Assembly (NCBI RefSeq): GCF_016717175.1 | Contig: NZ_JADKFZ010000004.1 | Origin: Nannocystis sp. | Lineage (GTDB): Bacteria > Myxococcota_A > Polyangia > Nannocystales > Nannocystaceae | DNA: 64,000 nucleotides | Strand: one strand, 5' to 3' | In this document: positions 54,511 to 64,000 of the stretch, piece by piece | Numbering within the stretch: the first letter of the stretch is position 1 | Layout: each line of letters starts with the position of its first letter | Position numbers and translations under genes: made by a program | The notes under the pieces: model-generated | Seen by the model: only the letters and a program-made list of their open reading frames with translations | Told to the model about the DNA's origin: nothing | Database searches by the model: none

Positions 54511-56973
54511 CTACTCGCCGGCCAGCTCCGAGGCGATCGCCGCGGCCACGCGGGCGACCCGCGCGGCGGCCTCGGCGGCCTCACGTGCCGCTTCAGCCGT
54601 TGCCTCCGCGGCCTCGGCCTCGCGCGCCAGATCTTCGGCCGCGGCCGCCGTCTCGCGGGCGATTCGCTCGGCCCGGTGGCGCTCGGCCGCGACGCGCAGC
54701 TCGCCCGCCTCCGGCCCGCGCAGCAGCAGGCAAGTCAGCGGGGGCAGGGTGATGCGCAGCGAGAAGGGCCGATCGTGGGCTGGCTCGGGCTCGGCCTCGA
54801 AGCTGTCTGCCAGCGACACGATCGCCGTCTGTTCATCGCCGCTGTAGGCCGCCGCGTCGCTGCGATCGATCAGGGTCCAGCGCCCCTCGGCGGGCACGCC
54901 GATGCGCTGCTCCGTCCACGTCACCGGGGTGAAGTTCAGGGCCACGAGCATCACCGGTCCGCGGCTCGGCAGGCGCATGTACACCGCCAGGCTGCGCTGG
55001 CGATCGTCGACCACCATCCACTCGAAGCCCGCGGGATCGTGGTCGAGCTCGTGCAGCGCCGGGTCGGCGCGGTAGAGCTGGGCCACGCGACGCAGCCAGC
55101 GCAGCGCGCCCGCGTGCGCCGGCGATCGGAGCAGCTCCCAGTCGAGCTCGCGCTCGTGGCTCCACTCGCGCACCTGGCCGAACTCGCCGCCCATGAACAG
55201 CAGCTTGCGGCCCGGCGTGCTGAACATGTACCCGAGCAGCAGGCGCAGGCCGGCGAACTTCGCGGGCGTGTCCCCGTACATCTTGCGGATCAGCGAGCCC
55301 TTGCCGTGCACGACCTCGTCGTGCGACAGCGGCAGCATGTAGCGCTCGTTGTACGCGTACCACATGCGAAAGGTCAGCTCGTTGTGGTGCTGCGCGCGCG
55401 TGACGGGGTCGCGGCCGAGGTAGCGCAGGCTGTCGTGCATCCAGCCCATGTCCCACTTGAGATCGAAGCCGAGGCCGCCGCGCTCGACCGGGCCGGTGAC
55501 CAGCGGCCACGCCGTCGACTCCTCCGCGATCGTGATCACGCCCGGGTGGCGCGCGTGGATCGTCTGGTTCAGCGCCCGCAGGAAGGCGACCGCCTCGAGG
55601 TTCTCGCGCCCGCCGTGCGCGTTCGGCTGCCACTGGCCGGGCTGACGCGAGTAGTCGAGGTAGAGCATCGAGGCCACCGCGTCGACCCGGATCGCGTCGA
55701 CGTGATAGCGCTCGATCCACATGGACGCGGAGCTGAGCAGGAAGGCCCGCACCTCGTGGCGCCCGTGGTTGAAGATCAGCGTGTTCCAGTCCGGGTGCAC
55801 GCCGCGGCTCGGGTCGCGGTGCTCGTAGAGATAGGTGCCGTCGAAGCGGTGCAGCCCGTGCGCGTCGCCCGGGAAGTGGCCCGGCACCCAGTCGAGGATC
55901 ACCCCGATCTCGGCGCGGTGCAGCTCGTCGATCAGGTACATCAGCGCCTGCGGCCCGCCGTAGCGGGCGCTCGGGGCGAAGTAGCCGCTGGTCTGGTAGC
56001 CCCACGATCCGTAGAAGGGGTGCTCGGTGAGCGGCATGAACTCGACGTGGGTGAAGCCCAGCGCCCGCACGTGCGCGACCAGCTTCGCCGCGATCTCGCG
56101 GTAGCCGAGCCACGCGCCCTCGGGCCCGCGCAGCCACGAGCCGAGGTGCAGCTCGTAGACCGAGATCGGCGCGTGTCGACCTTGCCGCGCGGCCCGCTCG
56201 CGCAGCCACGCGTCGTCGCGCCAGGCGTACTCGAGGTCGGCGATCCGCGAGGCCGTGTGCGGCGGCAGCTCCGTGGCCAGCGCGCAGGGGTCGGCCTTGT
56301 CGAGCACCTCGCCGCGCATCCCGATCACACGGTACTTGTAGAGCATCCCGACCGCCGCCTCGGCGACGCGCCCGATCCACAGCCCGCCGCCGCCGCGCGC
56401 GAGCGGGTGGCGGAAGGGGTCCCAGTCGTTCCACTCGCCGATCACGCTGACGTGGCGCGCGTTCGGGGCCCACACCGCGAACTGCACGCCGCCCTCGGCG
56501 AGCAGCTGCGCGCCGAGCTTTTCATACAACCGCAGGTGCGTGCCCTCGGCGAGGTAGTGCAGGTCGTCGGCGCTGATGCTGGGGTCTTGGGTCGGCCGCG
56601 CGAGGTAAAGCCGCGGATCTGCGGGCGCCTCGGGCACCTCGGGCACCTCGGGTACCTCGTCGGGCAGATACAAGATGGCGTCCGCGCTGGCCGCGAGCAC
56701 CTCGGCGGGGCTGTCCTTCGGGACAGGTACATCGTCGCCGAGGTACACGATCGCCTCGGTCTGCACGGCCACCTCATCGCCCGAGACGTCGACTGTCACC
56801 GCGGCCTCGGCCTCGGCCTCGGCCTGCTCCGGCCTGGCCTTCGGGACAGGTGCATCGTCGGGCAGGTACAGGATCGAGTCGGCGTTGCTGGCCAGCACCG
56901 CCGCTGCCCTGGGCTTCGCCCGCGCCGTGCCCTGCTTCGTCTCCCTCGATGGTTGCCGCGGACGCTTGCTCAT
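54511..56973 (-). CDS. glgB: 1,4-alpha-glucan branching enzyme with ~130-aa repeat-containing N-terminal extension and a coiled C-terminal tail
   Basis: GH13 GlgB core (VYELHLGSW..., GFTHVEFMP, DAVASMLYLDY). The N-terminal extension carries 3 x ILYLPD(D/E)xPVPK repeats. Confidence 0.9.
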   Translation of the reverse strand: MSKRPRQPSRETKQGTARAKPRAAAVLASNADSILYLPDDAPVPKARPEQAEAEAEAAVTVDVSGDEVAVQTEAIVYLGDDVPVPKDSPAEVLAASADAILYLPDEVPEVPEVPEAPADPRLYLARPTQDPSISADDLHYLAEGTHLRLYEKLGAQLLAEGGVQFAVWAPNARHVSVIGEWNDWDPFRHPLARGGGGLWIGRVAEAAVGMLYKYRVIGMRGEVLDKADPCALATELPPHTASRIADLEYAWRDDAWLRERAARQGRHAPISVYELHLGSWLRGPEGAWLGYREIAAKLVAHVRALGFTHVEFMPLTEHPFYGSWGYQTSGYFAPSARYGGPQALMYLIDELHRAEIGVILDWVPGHFPGDAHGLHRFDGTYLYEHRDPSRGVHPDWNTLIFNHGRHEVRAFLLSSASMWIERYHVDAIRVDAVASMLYLDYSRQPGQWQPNAHGGRENLEAVAFLRALNQTIHARHPGVITIAEESTAWPLVTGPVERGGLGFDLKWDMGWMHDSLRYLGRDPVTRAQHHNELTFRMWYAYNERYMLPLSHDEVVHGKGSLIRKMYGDTPAKFAGLRLLLGYMFSTPGRKLLFMGGEFGQVREWSHERELDWELLRSPAHAGALRWLRRVAQLYRADPALHELDHDPAGFEWMVVDDRQRSLAVYMRLPSRGPVMLVALNFTPVTWTEQRIGVPAEGRWTLIDRSDAAAYSGDEQTAIVSLADSFEAEPEPAHDRPFSLRITLPPLTCLLLRGPEAGELRVAAERHRAERIARETAAAAEDLAREAEAAEATAEAAREAAEAAARVARVAAAIASELAGE

Positions 56974-57115
56974 GCCACCTCGTCGGACGCGCTTTTACCG
57001 GGGAGCCGCCGCGAAGAGAACCCTGACGCGTGAATTTTCGGTCACGGCCTCGCCGCGGTCTGCGGACGGGCGCCCCCAACGGCGCCGGCAGCTGTGCCCC
57101 ATCGGTGTGGGCGGC

Positions 57116-59230
57116 TCAGGTCGCCGCGGTGATCCACAGCACCACCAGCGAACGCGGCGCCATCTCGTAGTGCGTCTGTCCAGCGTTCAGCGGCAGCGCG
57201 ACGGTCTCGGCGACGCGGGTGTCGATCAGCCGCGCCCACGCCGACGCGACCGGCGGCAGGGCGAAGTGCAACGGTTTGGCCGATCCGTTGATCAACACGA
57301 GGAAGCTCTCGCCGTGCAGCGTCGCGCCCGGACCGATCGCGTCGCCGATCGCGTCGCCGCCGAGCAGCATCCCGAGCGCCTTGCCCGTCGACCAGTCCTC
57401 CGGGCGCAGCTCCCCGCCCTCGGGTCGCAACCAGCACAGGTCGCGCAGGCGACTGCCCGGCAGGCCCGCGCCGGTGAAGAAGTGGCCGCGGCGCAGCACC
57501 GCCGCCTGGCGCAGGCGCAGCGCGTGGCGGAAGAACGCCAGGGTCTCCGCGTCGGCCGCGGCCCAGTCGATCCACGACACCCGGTTGTCCTGACAGTAGG
57601 CGTTGTTGTTGCCGCCCTGGCTGCGACCCAGCTCGTCGCCCGCGCACAGCATCGGCACGCCGAGCGACACCGCCAGGGTCGCCGCGAAGTTGCGGACCAT
57701 CCGCGCCCGCGTGGCGGCGATGTCCGGATCGTCGCTCGGACCCTCGACGCCCCAGTGGGCCGCCAGCTCGTCGTCGCGGCCGTCGCGGTTGCCCTCGCCG
57801 TTGGCCTCGTTGCGCTTGCGCGTGTACGAGACCAGGTCGCGCAGGGTGAAGCCGTCGTGACAGGTCACGTAGTTGATGCTCGTGTGCGGCCCGCGTCCGG
57901 GTCGCTGGAACAGGTCGGACGATCCGCTGAGGCGGTACGCCAGCTCGCCGAGCTGGCCCGGATCGCCGCGCCAGAACCGGCGCACGCCGTCGCGGTAGCG
58001 GTCGTTCCACTCGCGCCACGGCGGCGGGAAGCCGCCGAGCTGGTAGCCCCCGGGGCCTGTGTCCCACGGCTCGGCGATCAGCTTCACCCCGCGCAGGACC
58101 GGGTCCTGATGCAGCGCCGCCAGGAAGGCGCTGGCCCGCTCGACCTCCGCGCCGCGCCGCGACAGCGCCGGCGCCAGGTCGAAGCGAAACCCGTCGACGT
58201 GCATCTCGGTCACCCAGTAGCGCAGGCTGTCGAGCACCAGCTGCAGCGTCTGCGGGTGGCGCAGGTTCAGGGTGTTGCCGCAGCCGGTGAAGTCGATCGT
58301 CCGCCGCGGGTCGTCGGGGTCGAGCAGGTAGTAGCTGCGGTTGTCGAGCCCGCGCAGCGACAGCATCGGACCGTTCGCCCCGCCCTCGCAGCTGTGGTTG
58401 TAGACCACGTCGAGCAGCACCTCGATGCCCGCGGCGTGCAGCGCCTTCACCATCGCCTTGAACTCATGCACGGCTGCCCCGGGCCGGCGATCGTGCGCGT
58501 AGCGGGCGCTCGGGGCGAAGAAGCCGAGCGTGCTGTAGCCCCAGTAGTTGACCCGCCCGCGCTGCTGCAGGTGCGGCTCGTCGAAGATCTCGTGCACCGG
58601 CAACAACTCCACCGCCGTCACCCCGAGCGATCGCAGGTGCTCGATCACCGGCGTCGTCGCCAGCCCCATGTAGCTCCCGCGCAGCCGCGGTGGCACGCCG
58701 GGGTGCAGCTGCGTCATGCCCTTCACGTGCAGCTCGTAGATCAGCGTCTCGCTCCACGGCCGTCGCGGCGGCCGGTCGTCGCCCCAGTCGAAGTCGTCGG
58801 CCAGCGCGACGCACTTCGGGGCCATCGCCGCGTTGCAGCGCTCCAGCAGCGTCGGCTCGGGGCCACCCGCCAGCACCGGCGGCGCCTCGCTCGGCCAGGC
58901 GATCGCCCGCGCGTAGGGATCGACCAGCAGCCGCTGCGGGTCGTGCAGCAGCCCCGCCTCCGGCGCGAAGGTCCCGTGCGCCTTGAGCCCGTACAGCTGG
59001 CCGGCCACCAGCCCCGGCAGAAACCCGTGGTGCACGTGCCCGCTGCGCCCCGGCAGGGCGATCGTCGCCGAGGGTGCCGCGTCGACCCCGGTGAACAGGC
59101 ACACGTCGATCCGCGAGGCCGTCGACGAGTAGACGGCGACGTTGATCCCACCCGCCTCACAGTGCGCCCCCAGCGGCTGGTCTGCGCCCGGCAGCGCCCT
59201 CAACACAGGTCCTGACATCGTGGCGAGCAC
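57116..59230 (-). CDS. glgX: glycogen debranching enzyme
   Basis: GlgX/isoamylase blocks YELHVKGMT, NYWGYSTLGFFAP and VVYNHSCEG. Confidence 0.9.
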   Translation of the reverse strand: MLATMSGPVLRALPGADQPLGAHCEAGGINVAVYSSTASRIDVCLFTGVDAAPSATIALPGRSGHVHHGFLPGLVAGQLYGLKAHGTFAPEAGLLHDPQRLLVDPYARAIAWPSEAPPVLAGGPEPTLLERCNAAMAPKCVALADDFDWGDDRPPRRPWSETLIYELHVKGMTQLHPGVPPRLRGSYMGLATTPVIEHLRSLGVTAVELLPVHEIFDEPHLQQRGRVNYWGYSTLGFFAPSARYAHDRRPGAAVHEFKAMVKALHAAGIEVLLDVVYNHSCEGGANGPMLSLRGLDNRSYYLLDPDDPRRTIDFTGCGNTLNLRHPQTLQLVLDSLRYWVTEMHVDGFRFDLAPALSRRGAEVERASAFLAALHQDPVLRGVKLIAEPWDTGPGGYQLGGFPPPWREWNDRYRDGVRRFWRGDPGQLGELAYRLSGSSDLFQRPGRGPHTSINYVTCHDGFTLRDLVSYTRKRNEANGEGNRDGRDDELAAHWGVEGPSDDPDIAATRARMVRNFAATLAVSLGVPMLCAGDELGRSQGGNNNAYCQDNRVSWIDWAAADAETLAFFRHALRLRQAAVLRRGHFFTGAGLPGSRLRDLCWLRPEGGELRPEDWSTGKALGMLLGGDAIGDAIGPGATLHGESFLVLINGSAKPLHFALPPVASAWARLIDTRVAETVALPLNAGQTHYEMAPRSLVVLWITAAT

Positions 59231-59328
59231 TGTATCGTCGGCGCAGCGCCGCCGCGCGTGAGCGCCGCGACGCCGCCGACCCCCGCTTTTTGCTTGCGGG
59301 CCATGGCCCAGCTGATACCTCCGTCGCC

Positions 59329-60958
59329 ATGAACGCCTCGCCCTCCCCCGCGCGCCGGATCGTCGGCGTCACCGTGCCGCTGTTCTCGCTGCGCAGCGCC
59401 AGCTCGTGGGGCATCGGCGAGATCGGCGACCTGCCGGCGCTCGCCCGCCTGCTCGCGCCCGCCGGCGTCGGCCTGATCCAGCTGCTCCCGATCAACGAGA
59501 TCGCCGGCGGCAACAGCTCGCCCTACGGCGCCCTCTCGGCCTTCGGCATCGACCCGATGTACATCAGCCTCACCGCCGTCGACGACCTGCGCGCGCTCGC
59601 CAACGTCGAGGCGCTCGGCCACGACGGCGCGCGCCGCCTCGACGCCCTGCGCGCCGCCCCCGGCGTCGACTACGAGGCCGTCCGCGAGCTCAAGCGCCAC
59701 GCCCTGATCGCCGGCCTCAAGCGCTTTCATCACCACGAGCTGCGGGCCCACACCCCGACCCCGCGGGCCCGCAGCTTCCACGCCTTCGTCGCCGCCCACC
59801 AGGGCTGGCTCGACGACTACGCCCTCTACCGCGCGATCAAGGACGACCAGCACGGCAAGCCGTGGTGGGAGTGGCCGGCCCCGCTGCGCGAGCGCGAGGC
59901 CGCGGCGCTGCGCCAGGAGGAGGCCCGCCTCGGCGACGCGGTCCTCTACTTCAAGTACGTCCAGTGGCTCGCGCACAGCCAGTGGGCCGACGCCCGCGCC
60001 GCGCTGCGCCACCAGGGCGTCGAGATCATGGGCGACCTCCCCTTCATGGTCGACCGCGACTCCGCCGACGTCTGGGCCGAGCGCCGCGAGTTTCGCCTCG
60101 ACATGTCGGTCGGCTGCCCCGCCGATCAGTTCGACGAGGACGGCCAGGACTGGGGCCTGCCGCCCTACTACTGGGGCGTCATGGCCGGCAACGACTTCGC
60201 CTGGCTGCGCCGCCGCGCCCGCTACAGCGGCGAGCTCTACGACCGCTTCCGCGTCGACCACCTGGTCGGCTTCTTCCGCACCGCGATGCGCCCCTACGAC
60301 GCCCGCCGCGACGCCAAGGGCAAGCTGGTCCCCGCCCGCTTCGACCCGCCCGACGAGCACAGCCAGCGCCTCCACGGCGAGCGCGTGGTCGGGGCCATGA
60401 TCGCCGCGGCCGCGGAGACCGGCGCCCGCCTGGTCGCCGAGGACCTCGGCTCCGTCCCCGGGTACGTCGGCCCCGCGCTCGCCAAGCTCGGCGCCCCCGG
60501 CTACCGCGTGCTCATCTGGGAGAAGGACGGCGAGGTCTTCCGCGACCCCGCCAGCTACCCCGCCCGCAGCGTCGCCTGCTTCGGCACCCACGACACCGCC
60601 CCGGTCGCCGCGTGGTGGACCCACCTCTCGGAGCCCGAGCGCGCCGCGGCGCTCCAGCTACCTGTCCTTCGCGACATGTCCCCGGCGCCAGGCAAGCGCT
60701 TCAGCGTCGACCTGCACGCCGCGCTCTTGCGCCTGATCTGTGGCGCCGGCTCCGAGCTGGTGCTGCTGCTCCTGCAGGACCTGCTCGGCACCCGCGACCG
60801 CATCAACGTCCCCGGCACCGTCAAGCCCGAGCAACTGGACCTACCGCCTGCCCAAGCCGATCGAGGCGATGGCCAGCGACCGCAGCGTCCGCGCCGCCCT
60901 GACCCGCCTCGGCGCCGCCATCGACGCCACCCACCGCGACCGCCCGCGCCCACACTAG
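59329..60958 (+). CDS. malQ: 4-alpha-glucanotransferase (amylomaltase, GH77), with a frameshift near 60828
   Basis: GVTVPLFSLRS...WGIGEIGDL and PGYRVLIWE. The authentic C-terminus (NWTYRLPKPIEAMASDRSVRAALTRLGAAIDAT...) is in the +1 frame (ORF 60740..60958), which indicates a 1-nt indel after ...NVPGTVKPE. Confidence 0.8.
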
Positions 60959-60995
60959 GCGCGGGGGTCGACTGCGCCGCTCACACGAACGCGAA

Positions 60996-61916
60996 TCAGC
61001 CCGGCAGCGCGCAGATCCCCAAGTTCTCGAAGCCCGGCTGGACCTCCATGAAGAACGGCAGGCACTCCTCGCCGCCGGTGCAGGTCATCTCGTCGAGCGC
61101 GCAGAACGGGGCGCAGCAGCCGAACTCCGCCGTCATGCAGCCCTCCTGGGTGTCGGCCTGGGCGCAGTTGAGGCCCTTGAGGCAGGCGTTGGTGAAGTCG
61201 CAGGCGTCGCCGTCCATGCCGCCGTTCTTCGGGTCCGGGTTGAAGCAGATGAAGGGCGGGCCCGCCGGGTCGCCGTAGCACGCGCCCTGGCCGGCGCAGT
61301 CCTGCAGCAGCGGGTCGCAGATCGCGAGGCAGATCGGCAGCGCCCCGTCGTTGGTGACGATGCAGATGCCGTCGCCGCCCGAGGTGTTCGGGCAGGTCAT
61401 CTCGGGCGAACAGAACTCGATGCACGCGCCGTTCTTCTGCTCGGCGTCGACGTTGAGGCAGATGTTGCCCACCGCGCAGTTGTCGATGCCGGTGAACATG
61501 TCGTCGCCCTCGATGGCGCACGGGTCCCCGGTCTGGCCGCCGCCCTGCGGCTCCGGCACGCACTTGTTGGCGTTCCACTCGTCGCCCGGGAGCTTGCCGT
61601 AGGCCGTGCACTTGAGGCCCGGCGGGCAGTCCTGGGCCACCGGATCGCACTCCTGCAGCCCACCGGTCGGATCGTCGGTGGTCGGCGAGTCGGTGGTCGA
61701 CTCGTCCGTGGTCACCCCGCTGGTGCTGGCGGGCGTGTCGGTGGTGGTGCCCGCGTCGCCGGTGGTGCCGGGCTCGCTGGTCGGGGTGCTGGTGGCGCCG
61801 TCTGTGGCGCCGCCGCTCGACCCCTCCGACGCTGTCATCCCCTTGTCGTCGCCGCACGCAGCCGCGACCAGACAGACCAACCCAAACGCGCGTAAATGCC
61901 CAATTTTATTCATCAT
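60996..61916 (-). CDS. secreted lipoprotein with Myxococcus-type cysteine-rich repeats
   Basis: Signal peptide plus lipobox (MMNKIGHLRAFGLVCLVAAACGDD). Repeated C-x(4-6)-DC-x2-G-x2-C units (ECDPVAQDCPPGLKC, CAIEGDDMF...CAVGNIC, ...). The 5' end is AT-rich. Confidence 0.65.
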   Translation of the reverse strand: MMNKIGHLRAFGLVCLVAAACGDDKGMTASEGSSGGATDGATSTPTSEPGTTGDAGTTTDTPASTSGVTTDESTTDSPTTDDPTGGLQECDPVAQDCPPGLKCTAYGKLPGDEWNANKCVPEPQGGGQTGDPCAIEGDDMFTGIDNCAVGNICLNVDAEQKNGACIEFCSPEMTCPNTSGGDGICIVTNDGALPICLAICDPLLQDCAGQGACYGDPAGPPFICFNPDPKNGGMDGDACDFTNACLKGLNCAQADTQEGCMTAEFGCCAPFCALDEMTCTGGEECLPFFMEVQPGFENLGICALPG

Positions 61917-62005
61917 CCCAATCCCTTTCGCCGGCCCTCAGATCATCACGCCGGACCCCGCCGCGTCAACCCGGCTGTCCTTCCCGCCAGCCTCGACCCC
62001 CGTGT

Positions 62006-62075
62006 CCCCCATGACCCCCATGACCCCCATGACCCCCATGACCCATGACCCCATGACCGCATGACCAAAGTGACA
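62006..62075. repeat. 9-nt tandem repeat (CCCCCATGA x4, then degenerate copies) in a divergent promoter region
   Basis: Direct reading: cccccatgacccccatgacccccatgacccccatgacccatgaccccatgaccgcatgacc. Confidence 0.9.
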
Positions 62076-62351
62076 GGCCCCGACGACTCGCCCGACCGCC
62101 CCGCAGCTCAGTCGTCCGATCCCTGAAGCCCACGACCGGCATCCCGTCCAGCCGCGATCTCCCGGCCCTTCCGAGGTCCACGGCCATCATTCCTCGCATC
62201 TTCGTTTCACATGCAGATATTTACGTAGTTCATCGCACGATGCTGGGCCTCACTGCGCTCCGCCCATGCACCCGTCCCGCTGGAAGCCAGCGTGAAGCCC
62301 TCTTGAAGTGGGCGAGCGACTGACGTATGCGCGGTGCTGGAGTCTCCGCCC

Positions 62352-63647
62352 ATGTCGCTCGCGCACCGCCTCCCGCTCATCCTCACCGCACCGCTCCTCC
62401 TCCTCGCCTGCGCCGACGGCGGTGATTCGAGCCACTCCGGCGGCCAGGGCAGCAGCCCCACGGTCGCCACCTCGGTCACCACCGTCAGCGGCAGCGCCAG
62501 CGCCAGCGACACCAGCGACAGCGCCCCCGAGCCGACCGGCGGCAGCGGCAGCGCCGAGGCCGGTGAGACCGGTCCAGCGACCACCGCTCCGATGACCGGC
62601 GAGGCCACCAGCGACGACCCCGGCAGCACCAGCGCGGTCACCAGCGCCAGCAGCACCACAAGTCCGGTGACGACCGTCGACCCCGACACGGGCGGCAGCA
62701 CGGGCGACTGCGCCGAGATCGCCGAGAAGGCGATGAACAAGAAGCAGCCCGCCGACATCATCTTCGTGATCGACAACTCGGGCAGCATGCAGATCGAGGC
62801 CGCCAGCGTGAAGGCCAACATGAACGCCTTCTCGACCAAGATCATCAACAGCGGCATCGACGTGCACGTGGTCCTGATCTCGGCCATCAGCGGCAGCACC
62901 GGCATGTGCATCGATAAGCCGCTCGGCAGCGGCGGCTGCCCGGCCAAGGACACCAACCTGCCCAAGTTCCTCCACATCAACGACGAGGTCGGGAGCAACA
63001 ACCCGCTGCAGAAGCTGCTCGACCACCACCCCGACTGGAAGGACCAGATGCGGGTCGACGCCAGCAAGCACATCGTCGTCGTCTCCGACGACGACAGCGA
63101 CCTCGCGGCCAACGCCTTCGACACCGCCTTCAAGGCGCTGGACCCCAGCTACAAGGACTACAAGTTCCACGCGATCGTCGGCGCGAAGGACTCCGGCGAC
63201 GTGCTGTGGTGCGTCAGTGACCCGGTCTGCTGCGCCTTCACGGCCGCGGCCGGCAAGGTCTACCTCGAGCTCATCAACAAGACCGACGGCGTATACGGCG
63301 ACCTGTGCAAGCAGGACTTCACCCCCGTGTTCAACACCCTCTCGACCGAGGTGATCCAGAACGCGGGCCTGGCCTGCGAGTGGGCGATCCCCAAGCCGAT
63401 GAACGAGGACGTGATCGACTACGACAAGGTCAACGTCGACTTCAACGACGGCATGGGCAACGTGCTCCCGATCGGCAAGGTCGACAGCCCGGCCGCCTGC
63501 GCCGACGTGGTCGACGGCTGGTACTACGACGACCCGAACATGCCGACCAAGATCCTCGTGTGCCCGCAGACCTGCGCCAAGATCCAGCTCGCGCCGATGG
63601 CCAGCATGGCGATCAAGTTCGGCTGCGAGACGATCATCGCCCAGTGA
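62352..63647 (+). CDS. lipoprotein with vWA-like domain and Cys-rich C-terminal domain (paralog of 30808..32127)
   Basis: MSLAHRLPLILTAPLLLLACADGG, a MIDAS-like motif IIFVIDNSGSM, and a C-terminal CADVVDGWYYDDPNMPTKILVCPQTCAKIQ...FGCETI that resembles the C-terminus of the other vWA lipoprotein. Confidence 0.8.
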   Translation: MSLAHRLPLILTAPLLLLACADGGDSSHSGGQGSSPTVATSVTTVSGSASASDTSDSAPEPTGGSGSAEAGETGPATTAPMTGEATSDDPGSTSAVTSASSTTSPVTTVDPDTGGSTGDCAEIAEKAMNKKQPADIIFVIDNSGSMQIEAASVKANMNAFSTKIINSGIDVHVVLISAISGSTGMCIDKPLGSGGCPAKDTNLPKFLHINDEVGSNNPLQKLLDHHPDWKDQMRVDASKHIVVVSDDDSDLAANAFDTAFKALDPSYKDYKFHAIVGAKDSGDVLWCVSDPVCCAFTAAAGKVYLELINKTDGVYGDLCKQDFTPVFNTLSTEVIQNAGLACEWAIPKPMNEDVIDYDKVNVDFNDGMGNVLPIGKVDSPAACADVVDGWYYDDPNMPTKILVCPQTCAKIQLAPMASMAIKFGCETIIAQ

Positions 63648-63726
63648 CCGGGCGCCCGCGTGGGGCCGGACGAAGCGCGACCGCGGCGAGGGACTGCGCC
63701 TCGCACCGCGGCGAGGCGCCTCCCGC

Positions 63727-64000
63727 TCACAGGCCCACGAACTGCTGCATCGGCACGCCGACGCGCTGGGCCCACGCGTCCTCGTTGTGCATCGCCCCGG
63801 GCTCGTAGACGTACCAGAGGTCGTCGCCCTCGCTGTAGCCGAGCCCGGTCAGGACGTCGCGCAGCTGGGCGTTCTCGCAGTAATTGTCGGCCGCGCCCGG
63901 GTCGTCGTCGTCGACGCCGTCCATGTCCGCGTCGCCGCAGGTGCCCTGGCCGCCGGAGTCGATGTAGATCGCGAAGTCCCGCTTCCCGGCGGCCGCGTAG
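63727..64000 (-). CDS. hypothetical protein, C-terminal fragment (gene begins beyond the window end)
   Basis: The in-frame read extends upstream of the listed Met (…DFAIYIDSGGQGTCGDADMDGVDDDDPGAADNYCEN…YVYEPGAMHNEDAWAQRVGVPMQQFVGL*). It is non-repetitive. Confidence 0.45.
   Translation of the reverse strand, partial: YAAAGKRDFAIYIDSGGQGTCGDADMDGVDDDDPGAADNYCENAQLRDVLTGLGYSEGDDLWYVYEPGAMHNEDAWAQRVGVPMQQFVGL

Overview
This is a ~70% GC, densely coding chromosomal segment that looks myxobacterial (Myxococcota-like): lipoboxes are abundant and there is a Myxococcus-type cysteine-rich-repeat lipoprotein. Assembly quality appears draft or MAG-like: two long poly-G tracts and at least three genes whose frames are broken by small indels (btuB, the second outer-membrane paralog, malQ), plus one apparent gene fusion. 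Most long ORFs in the six-frame track are GC-artefact antisense ORFs and were ignored.

Real content, in order:
- A cobalamin-riboswitch-controlled B12 uptake operon on the minus strand: TonB-dependent receptor (btuB-like), two tandem paralogous beta-propeller lipoproteins, periplasmic binding protein (btuF) and FecCD permease (btuC).
- A metzincin lipoprotein.
- rpoZ, accC and pyrG.
- The conserved sigma-54 block rpoN-hpf-hprK-rapZ-EIIA(Man)-ptsH-ptsI.
- An alpha/beta hydrolase followed by two tandem ~1000-aa paralogs with an unusual HExxH-peptidase / PD40 beta-propeller / C-terminal beta-barrel architecture.
- A CBS protein, vWA lipoproteins with a shared Cys-rich C-terminal domain, an MMPL/RND exporter, a ClC channel, a methyltransferase and polA.
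- Cys-rich lipoproteins, a UbiB kinase divergent from a TetR regulator with an AT-rich operator palindrome, and cca.
- A DUF507 / hypothetical / ADP-forming-ACS-like operon divergent from a NUDIX gene.
- glk, hemH, an Sfp-type PPTase, and glgB-glgX-malQ.

Superimposed on all of this is a strongly over-represented short palindromic DNA repeat family (CTGTCC-N3-4-GGACAG, or GGACATGTCC). It occurs dispersed and in tandem arrays, in intergenic regions and in frame inside genes in all three reading frames.
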